The translations under genes were made by a program, and so were the position numbers. A DNA stretch of 64,000 nt from assembly GCF_009914755.1 (NCBI RefSeq), contig NC_060937.1; one strand, 5' to 3'. The notes below the pieces were generated by a model. The model saw nothing but the letters and a program-made list of their open reading frames with translations, was not told the origin of the DNA and made no database searches. This DNA is from the human T2T-CHM13v2.0 reference genome, Homo sapiens. Of the stretch, positions 54,996 through 64,000 are shown piece by piece; the first letter of the stretch is position 1, and every line of letters starts with the position of its first letter.

Positions 54996-55409
54996 CGGGG
55001 GACCTCCCTTAGGAGATCAATCCCCCGTCCTCCTGCTCTTTGCTCCATGAGAAAGATCCACCTACGACCTTAGGTCCTCAGACCAACCAGCCCAAGAAAC
55101 ATCTCACCAATTTTAAATCCAGTAAGCCGCCTCTTTTTACTCTCTTCTCCAACCTCCCTCACTATCCCTCAACCTCTTTCTCCTTTCAATCTTGGCGCCA
55201 CACTTCAATCTCTCCCTTCTCTTAGTTTCAATTCCTTTCATTTTCTGGTAGAGACAAAGGAGACACGTTTTATCTGTGGACCCAAAACTCCAGCGCTGGT
55301 CACGGACTGGGAAGGCAGCCTTCCCTTGCTGTTTAATCATTGCAGGGACACCTCTCTGATTATTCACCCACGTTTCAAGGGTGTCAGACCATGCAGGGAT
55401 GCCCGCCTT

Positions 55410-56045
55410 GGTCCTTCACCCTTAGCGGCAAGTCCCGCTTTTCTGGGGAAGGGGAAAGTACCCCAACCCCTTCTCTCTGTGTCTCTACCCGTTCTCTGCT
55501 TTTCTGGGGAAGGGGCAAGTACCCCAACCCCTTCTCTCTGTGTCTCTACCCCTTCCCTGCTTTTCTGGGGAAGGGGCAAGTACCCCAACCCCTTCTCTTC
55601 TTGTCTCTACCCCTTCTCTGATTTTCTGGGGCAGGGGCAAGAACCCCTCAACCCCTTCTCCTTCACCCTTAGTGGCAAGTCCCACTTTTCTGGGGGAGGG
55701 GAAAGTACCCCTCAACCCCTTCTCCTTCACCCTTAGTGGCAAGTCCCGCTTTTCTAGGGGGCAAGAACCCCCAATCCCTTATTTCCACACCCCGACCTCT
55801 TATTTCTGTGACCCAATCCCTTATTTCCACACCCCAACCTCTTATCTCTGTGCCCCAATCCCTTATTTCCATGCCCCAACCCCCCTTCCCACTTTTCTAG
55901 GGGGCAAGAACCCCCAATCCCTTATTTCCACACCCTGACCTCTTATCTCTGTGCCCCAATCCCTTATTTCTGTGCCCCAACCCTTTCTCTGCTTTTCTGG
56001 AGGGCAAGAAACCCCCACCCCTTCTCCGTGTCTCTACTCTTTTCT
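55410..56045 (+). repeat. HERV-H leader tandem repeats (about 60-bp and 41-bp units)
   Basis: TTTTCTGGGGAAGGGG(C/A)AAGTACCCC units at about 55440, 55500, 55561, 55622, 55686; CCCAATCCCTTATTTCC units at about 55770, 55812, 55854, 55913, 55955. Confidence 0.9.
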
Positions 56046-56066
56046 CTGGGCTTGCCTCCTTCACTA

Positions 56067-57240
56067 TGGGCAAGCTTCCACCTTCCATTCCTCCTTCTTC
56101 TCCCTTAGCCTGTATTCTTAAGAACTTAAAACCTCTTCAACTCTCACCTGACCTAAAATCTAAGTGTCTCATTTTCTTCTGCAATGCCTCTTGACCCCAA
56201 TACAAACTCTACAGTAGTTCCAAATAGCCGGAAAACGGCACTTTCAATTTTTCCATCCTACAAGATCTAAATAATTCTTGTCATAAAATGGGCAAATGGT
56301 CTGAGGTGCCTGACATCCAGGCATTCTTTTACACATCAGTCCCTTCCTAGTCTCTGTGCCCAGTGCAACTCATTCTGAATCTTCCTTCTTTCCCTCTCGC
56401 CTGTCCCCTCAGTCCCAACCCCAAGCGTCACTGAGTCTTTCTAATCTTCCTTTTCTACAGACCCATCTGACCTCTCCCCTCCTTGCCAGGCCAAGCTAGG
56501 TCCCAATTCTTCCTCAGCCTCCGCTCCTCCACCCTGTAATCTTTTTATCGCCTCCCCTCCTCACACCTGGTCTGGCTTACAGTTTCGTTCTGTGACTAGC
56601 CCTCCCCCACCTGCCCAGCAATTTACTCTTAAAAAGGTGGCTGGAGCCAAAGGCATAGTCAAGGTTAATGCTCCTTTTTCTTTATCCCAAATCAGAAGCG
56701 TTTAGGCTCTTTTTCATCAAATATAAAAACCCAGCCCAGTTCATGTCTCGTTCGGCAGCAACCCTGAGATGCTTTACAGCCCTAGACCCTAAAAGGTCAA
56801 AAGGCCATCTTATTCTCAATACACATTTTATTACCCAATCTGCTCCCGACATTAAATAAAACTCCAAAAATTAGAATCTGGCCCTCAAACCCCACAACAG
56901 GACTTAATTAACCTCACCTTCAAGGTGTACAATAATAAAAAAAAGGAAGTTGCAATTCCTTGCCTCCACTGTGAGACAAACCCCAGCCACATCTCCAGCA
57001 CACAACAACTTCCAAATGCCTGAACCGCAGTGGCCAGACATTCCTCCAGAACCTCCTCCCCCAGGAGCTTGCTGCAAGTGCCAGAAATCTGACCACCAGG
57101 GCAAGGAATGCCTGCAGCCCAGGGATTCCTCCTAAGCCATGTCCCATCTGTGCGGGACCCCACTGGAAATCGGACTGTTCAACTCACCTGGCAGCCACTC
57201 CCAGCGCCCCTGGAACTCTGGCCCAAGGCTCTCTGACTGA
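56067..57240 (+). pseudogene. gag: HERV-H gag remnant
   Basis: ATGGGCAAG start at about 56067; two CCHC knuckles, CCKCQKSDHQGKEC (about 57070) and CPICAGPHWKSDC (about 57140); frameshifted. Confidence 0.85.
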
Positions 57241-57319
57241 CTCCTTCTTGGCTTAGTGGCTGAAGACTGACGCTGCCTGATCGCCTCAGAAGCCCTGTAG
57301 ACCACCATGGACACCGAGC

Positions 57320-59560
57320 TTTAGGTAACTCTCACAGTGGAGGGTAAGTCTGTCCCCTTCTTAATCAATATGGAGGCTACCCACTCCACATTACCTTCTT
57401 TTCAAGGGCCTGTTTCCCTTGCCTCCATAACTGTTGTGGGTATTGACAGCCAGGCTTCTAAACCTCTTAAAACTCCCCAACTCTGGTGCCAACTTGAACA
57501 ACACTCTTTTATGCACTCTTTTTTAGTTATCTCCACCTGCCCAGTTCCCTTATCAGGCCGAGATATTTTAACCAAATTATCTGCTTCCCTGACTATTCCT
57601 GGACTACAGCTGCATCTCATTGCTGCCCTTCTTCCCAATCCAAAGCCTCCTTTGCGTCCTCCTCTTGTATTCCCCCACCTTAACCCACAAGTATAAGATA
57701 CCTCTACTCCCTCCTTGGCGACCGATCATGCACCCCTTACCATCTCATTAAAACCTAATCACGCTTACCCGACTCAATGCCAATATCCCATCCCACAGCA
57801 TGCTTTGAAAGGATTAAAGCCTGTTATCACTCACCTGCTACAGCATGGCCTTTTAAAGCCTATAAACTCTCCTTACAATTCCCCCGTTTTACCTGTCCTA
57901 AAACCAGACAAGGCTTACAACTTAGTTCAGAATCTGTGCCTTATCAACCAAATTGTTTTGCCTATCCACCCCGTGGTGCCAAACCCATATACTCTCCTAT
58001 CCTCAATACCTCCCTCTACTACCCATTATTCTGTTCTGGATCTCAAACATGCTTTCTTTACTATTCCTTTGCACTCTTCATCTCAGCCTCTCTTTGCCTT
58101 CACTTAGACTGACCCTGACACCCATTAGGCTCAGCAGCTTACCTGGGCTGTGCTGCCGCAAGGTTCCAGGGACAGCCCTCATTACTTCAGCCAAGCTCTT
58201 TCTCATGATCTACTTTCTTTCCACCCCTCCACTTCTCACCTTATTCAATATATTGATGACCTTCTTCTTTGTAGCCCCTCCTTTGAATCTTCTCAACAAG
58301 ACATACTTCTGCTCCTTCAGCATTTATTCTCCAAAGGATATCGGGTATCCCCCTCCAAAGCTCAAATTTCTTCTCCATCCGTTACCTACCTCGGCATAAT
58401 TCTTCACAAAAACACAGGTGCCCTCCCTGCTGATGGTGTCTGATTAATCTCCCAAACCTCAATCCCTTACAAAACAACAACTCCTTTCCTTCCTAGGTAT
58501 GGTTAGTGCGGTCAGAATTCTTACACAAGAGCCAGGACCGCACCCTGTAGCCTTTCTGTCCAAACAACTTGACCTTACTGTTTTAGCCTAGCCCTCATGT
58601 CTGCATGCAGCAGCTGCCGCTGCTTTAATAATTTTAGAGGCCCTAAAAATCACAAACTATGCTCAACTCACTCTCTACATTTCTCATAACTTCCAAAATC
58701 TATTTTCTTCCTCATACCTGACGCATATACTTTCTGCTCCCCGGCTCCTTCAGCTGTACTCACTCTTTGTTAAGTCCCACAATTACCATTGTTCCTGGCC
58801 CAGACTTCAATCTGGCCTCCCACATTATTCCTGATACCACACCTGATCCCCATGACTGCATCTCTCTGATCCACCTGACATTCACCCCATTTCCCCATAT
58901 TACAAGCCACTAGCCCATCTCTTAGAACCTCTCATTTCCTTTCCATTGTAGAAATCTATCCTCAAGGAAATAACTTCTCAGTGTTCCATCTGCTATTCTA
59001 TCTGCTATTCTGCTACTCCTCAAGGATCATTCAGGCCCCTCCCTTCCCTACACATCAAGCTCGAGGATTTGCCCCCGCCCAGGACTGGCAAATTAGCTTT
59101 ACTCCACATGCCCCGAGTCACAAAAACTAAAATACCTCTTAGTCTAAGTAGACATTTTCACTAGATAGGTAGAGGCCTTTCCTACAGGGTCTGAGAAGGC
59201 CACCGCAGTCATTTCTTCCCTTCTGTCAGACATAATTCCTCAGTTTAGCCTTCCCACCTCTATACAGTCTGATAACAGACCAGGCTTTATTAGTCAAATT
59301 AGCCAAGCAGTTTTTCAGTTTATATCCCTTATAGTCCTCTGTCTTCAAGAAAAGTAGAACGGACTAAAGGTCTTTTAAAAACACACCTCACCAAGCTCAG
59401 CCACCAACTTAAAAAGAACTGGACAATACTTTTACCACTTTCCCTTCTCAGAAGTCAGACCTGTCCTCAGAATGCTACAAGGTACAGTCCATTTAAGCTC
59501 CTGTATAGATGCTCCTTTTTATTAGGCCCCAGTCTCATCCCAGACAGCAGACCAACTTAG
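57320..59560 (+). pseudogene. pol: HERV-H pro-pol remnant
   Basis: Protease FLINMEATHS (catalytic DTG lost), GRDIL; RT VLDLKHAFFTIPL, LPQG, YIDD (58249-58260); integrase VDIFT and SIQSDNR; stops and deletions. Confidence 0.92.
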
Positions 59561-60151
59561 ACTGTGCCCCCAAAAAAACTTGTCATCCCTACTATTTTCC
59601 GTCTAGTCATACTCCTATTCTCCGTTCTCAACTACTCATACATGCCCTGCTCTTGTTTACACTGCCAGTTTACACTGTTTCTCCAAGCCATCACGGCTGA
59701 TATCTCCTCATGCTATCCCCAAACTGCCACTCTTAACTCTTGAAGTAAATAAATAATCTTTGCTGGAAGGACTATGCTGAACCTCCTTAGGCACTCTCTA
59801 ATTAGATGTCCTAGATCCTCCCAATTCTTAGTCCTTTTATACCTGTTTTTCTCCTTCTCTTATTCCATTTAGTTTTTCAGTTCATACAAAACCGTATCCA
59901 GGCCATCACCAATCTTTCTGTATGACAAATGTTTCTTCTAACAACCCCCTCAATGTCACCCCTTACCACAAGACCTCCCTTCAGCTTAATCTCTCCCACT
60001 CTAGGTTCCCACGCCGCCCCTATTCCCGCTTGAAGCAGCCCTGAGAAACATCGCCCATTCTCTCTCCATACCACCCCCCAAAAATTTTCACCGCCCCAAC
60101 ACTTCAACACAATTTTGTTTTATTTTTCTTATTAATATAAGAAGGCAGGAA

Positions 60152-60584
60152 TGTCAGGCCTCTGAGCCCAAGCCAAGCCATCGCATCCCCTGTGACTTGC
60201 ACGTATACGCCCAGATGGCCTGAAGTAACTGAAGAATCACAAAAGAACTGAAAAGGCCCTGCCCCGCCTTAACTGATGACATTCCACCATGGTGATTTGT
60301 TCTTGCCCCACCTTAACTGAGTGATTAACCCTGTGAATTTGCTTCTCCTGGCTCAGAAGCTCCCCCACTGAGCACCTTGTGACCCCCGCCCCTGCCCACC
60401 AGAGAACAGACCCCTTTGACTGTAATTTTCCATTACCTTCCCAAATCCTATAAAACGGCCCCACCCCTATCTCCCTTCACTGACTCTCTTTTCGGACTCA
60501 GCCCGCCTGCCCCCAGGTGAAATAAACAGCCATATTGCTCACACAAAGCCTGTTTGGTGTCTCTTCACACGGATGCGCATGAAA
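60152..60584 (+). mobile_element. HERV-H 3' LTR7
   Basis: Direct repeat of the 5' LTR, ending GCGCATGAAA. Confidence 0.95.
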
Positions 60585-61261
60585 AAAACCCTTTCATTTT
60601 ACTGTGGGACGGCAACCCTTTCTGGGACCCCTCTCTGCAGCAGAGAACTGTTCTCTTTCTTTCACCTGTTAAACTTCTGCTTCTGCTCTGACCTCGTCCT
60701 TGGTGTGTCTGCATCGTCGATTTCCTCAGCTGTGAGACCAACGACTTGGGCACCCACCCAGGCAACAAGGCCTTTTCAGTAAGGGAAGTGGTAAAATGTT
60801 TTCAATCCCTGTTGCCAAAAATCGGCCTAAGGCTTCCCAAAAAAAGTAACCCAAAGCAGACATGGCAAATATTTGCTACATTTGATAATAAGCCAATAAA
60901 TTATCTGCTAATAAGTGACTGAAATATTTAGCACATATCTGCCTTATTCTGATGACTGATCACATTTCTAGCTCCCCTGTGGACTAAAACAATATGCTTT
61001 CCTTCTCTACACAAGCAATGCTTTCTGCAGAGACACAAACTTTACATCTGAATACAAACGCAGCACGTTTTAATTCTGCCTCTCATTCTCCAGCAAAATC
61101 ATGGGGAAGAAGGAAAGCATCCTTAGTCAAAAGGGGTACAGGGACTTAGAACCTCACCATGCTGCAGTCACACAGGCAATAGAGAAAGATGGCGGTGGTT
61201 CCCTGGGGCAGTTCCCCTCTCAAGCAAGGAGACAGGGGCAGCACTCCTACCATCTCCCCAG

Positions 61262-61842
61262 GGATATAGGAGTTAAGAAGGAATTGCTTAGGCAGATAGC
61301 AAGGGCATGGGAGTCCTGGGTAAGGCTTTTCTTTTTAATGAAAAGCAGCCCCAAGTCATTTTCTAACAAAGAGCAGCCTGCAAGCTGGGAGCTTGCATAG
61401 GTTAATGCCAGCAGGAACTAAGGACTAGACATTTTCAAACTGGTGGCTCCATCTTCCCTTCCCTGCCAGCCAAGTGTATTGTAAGGAGCAGAGAAGATGG
61501 CTCTGATCAACTGGAAAGCCTATTTGCATAATTAGATTAGGGTGGGGCAACCAGCCTTCCCCCGCACACTATGTAGACGTCATACCTGATGGAACCAGTC
61601 TGTGAGCCCTATGTAAATCAGACACCGCCTTCTCCAACTTATTATATCTGTTTTGGTCCACTGCCTCCCCACTTTTCAGATGTCTCTCTCTCTCTCTCTC
61701 TCTAAGAGCTGCTCTCCTCTCTCCTTTCTTCTATCTATTAAATTTTCCACTCCCTAACCCACCCACATGTGATTGTGTCCTGAATTCTTGGTGTGTGACG
61801 ATGAACCCCAGGGTGTATACCCCAGACAGCACAGCCACTTCA
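61262..61842 (+). mobile_element. LTR9-like ERV1 solo LTR
   Basis: GATATAGGAGTTAAGAAG..TTAGGCAGATAG start, ...CAGCCACTTCA end, 4-bp TSD CCAG (61258-61261 / 61843-61846), internal (CT)n. Confidence 0.8.
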
Positions 61843-64000
61843 CCAGCAGGGACAGCAGCTGTCACATGAACTGGAGATGAACTGGAGGTGAGTCTGATGT
61901 CTCGGAATTTTGAGGAAAGTGGGTAGAAAGTTGCCAAGCAAGCTGAAGAGACAAGCAAAAGGGATCATATTCCAGAAGAATTCTTAGCAAGACCACAGTC
62001 AGAACTTCAATCAAGGTGATTGATTGGTCTGAAAGGGGGAATAGAATGTAAATAAAATACAACCATGAGAAACCACATGTATGTTGTTGAACCTTATCTA
62101 GACACTAACTGTGAAAAAGCCAGCTTGGATTATTGATGAAGGACATTCAGAAAACCACAATTTTGCCATGCTTATTTAGAGAACAGAGACAGTGGTATTA
62201 TCAGCCTATAGCTCAATTGTAAAATTGGGATGACTAGATGTCCCGAGACTATTCTGTTCCTCGGCCCTCTCGACACTCACCTAAGAAGCTTCCAAATTTA
62301 CCACTTCTCAGTCATTGTAAGGATGCTGCATGTCATAAGGATGATTATGGAAGATTATGGGCATGTTCTACATAGAGAACAAGAAAAGTCACAATATTTT
62401 CTTTTATAAATTTATATTTTGGAATTTATATTAGTTCCCCTAACTCTAAATAACCATGGGAATATTGACAAATTTGATTTTCCAGAACTTTAAAGCTGAG
62501 GCTAGACACTAACCACAGTGACTTTATCTATGTAGTAGCACACTCTACCAGCTGGGATGTCTGGATAACAAGTTCCCCAGATTGCAGCCTCCCTCCAGCA
62601 CCAAGTAGGATTACGAGTCTGTTTGGTTTCATTTTAGCTATGTAGATTTGTCAAATTTTGTCACCTCTGGACTTCAGTTTTCTCATATGTAAAATGATGC
62701 ATTGGCCTGAATGTTTTCGGAGAACCTTCAATCTCTGTGAGTCTCTTCACTGAAAAAATTGTTGACTTTCTTTTTTTTATTGTTCTGTTTTTCTTTTCTA
62801 TGTCAAAAAAGCACTATGGTAAAAGTCTTTCAGTAAAACTTGAACCTTGGGGCTTGTTCCTGAGTTTGACATGTTAAACAAATGAAAGAACTGTTTTCAA
62901 CTGATTAGTCATATCCTTCAATTCCTACGGGAATATGGGTTCGTTGTGCATGAGAAAGTCAGCCAACTTTGGCATGAAGATGTCTTTCAGGTAGGTAGGC
63001 CACCTGTGATGAAGTGAATCATTGAAGAAAGTCTATTTTCTTGTGGCATAAATACAAGCCTGAAGATTACACATAAGCTGTCATACACGTACCTCCTAAA
63101 TGCAATTCCTCAGAAGTGACATGCTATCATCATTCACATTAATGTCTATTTGTGCAACTACATTGTTTAAAATAATCAACCAATTCATCACAATAGATAT
63201 TTGGGAGGAGTGAGGGAGCTTTCTCTGTACTAATGAAAGAAATGACATTTCTGTTTACCATTTGTCAGTTTTAAGTAGTTAATAAATATCTGAAATGATT
63301 TTCATATTTTGATATGGTATTCACTTGTAAGGATATGCAATGTTTAAGAGTTATGGTGAGAATGTTTCTTCCATAACATTCAGCTTTGAAAAGTTTTAGG
63401 AAACTATTCATTATGTCTCAAAAGTTAAATGCACGACAAATGAAATGCCTCTTATTGGTTGCAATTTTCTAAAAGTAAGTATGCCTATTACTTTGATATT
63501 TAACTCAAATATATTAACAATAATTGAAAGCTTTTGAGTGCTACAGGTTGATAATAAACCTGAAAGTATAGAATAATCATCTGTATTTTAAAATTTTTAT
63601 TCTTAAGGCCAACAAAACAAAGTAAGAATTATGTCAGTGTTTCTAACTGTCCTACCCAGATCTAGCTCCTGACTGATAATTGTCAACAGAGTCAAACACG
63701 CCTTCCTAAGGCCAGCTCCACTTCTCCAAAGCAAGCTCCTCTCACTTTGCCACCCAGAAGCCACACTGGAACCTGGAATCTAAAGAATGTGTTTGCATTA
63801 TCAAAGAACTCTCCCTCTCCTAAAGGGTCCACCCTGGGATTCCATTCTAGTGACTTGACAAAATGCTTCTAATTACTCCTTAGTTAGTTCCCATAATCCG
63901 CTTAAGGACTTGTTTACTTGTTGACAGGCAGGGTAGGAATTCAGCCTTGACAGTCTGTGTCAGTGCAACATCATAAATAAGATAAACATTATCTGAAGTG

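Larger units (their letters stand above)
54544..60584 (+). mobile_element. HERV-H provirus (deleted, non-autonomous type) with LTR7
   Basis: Two LTRs starting TGTCAGGCCTCTGAGCCCAAGC, TSD AAAAC (54539-54543 / 60585-60589), His PBS, gag/pro/pol remnants, PPT AAGAAGGCAGGAA 60139-60151; env largely absent. Confidence 0.97.
54098..60778 (+). mobile_element. ERV1 solo LTR (LTR9/MER83-related group) split by HERV-H (pieces 54098-54543 and 60585-60778)
   Basis: TG...CA termini; shares TAGGCAGATAGC, AAAAGCAGCCC and CTAACAAAGAGCAGCCTG with the LTR at 61262; TATAAAAAC continues into CCTTTCATTTTACTG after HERV-H. Confidence 0.75.

Noticed and set aside
55326-55938. Long Pro/Ser-rich and VEIRDW-repeat ORFs
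   Set aside because: Translation artefacts of the HERV-H leader tandem repeats.

Overview
This is primate (human-like) non-coding DNA dominated by transposable elements. I found no rRNA, tRNA, CRISPR array or recognisable intact cellular protein gene; most listed ORFs are repeat-derived or chance. Main contents: (1) a near full-length minus-strand HERV-L provirus (6083-14824) inserted into an AluS, which itself sits in an MLT1 LTR; its 3' LTR is rearranged into a 260-bp inverted repeat around a 1.24-kb almost pure-AT spacer, the most unusual structure here; (2) a full-length MST MaLR provirus (17271-19679); (3) a plus-strand HERV-H/LTR7 provirus (54544-60584) nested in an older ERV1 LTR; (4) many solo LTRs with target-site duplications (TSDs), Alus, old L1, MER5, MIR/L2 and a decayed ERVL pol. 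Weak splice-signal evidence suggests possible exons in the first 3.3 kb. Family and subfamily names come from recalled consensus sequences and need Dfam/RepeatMasker confirmation.
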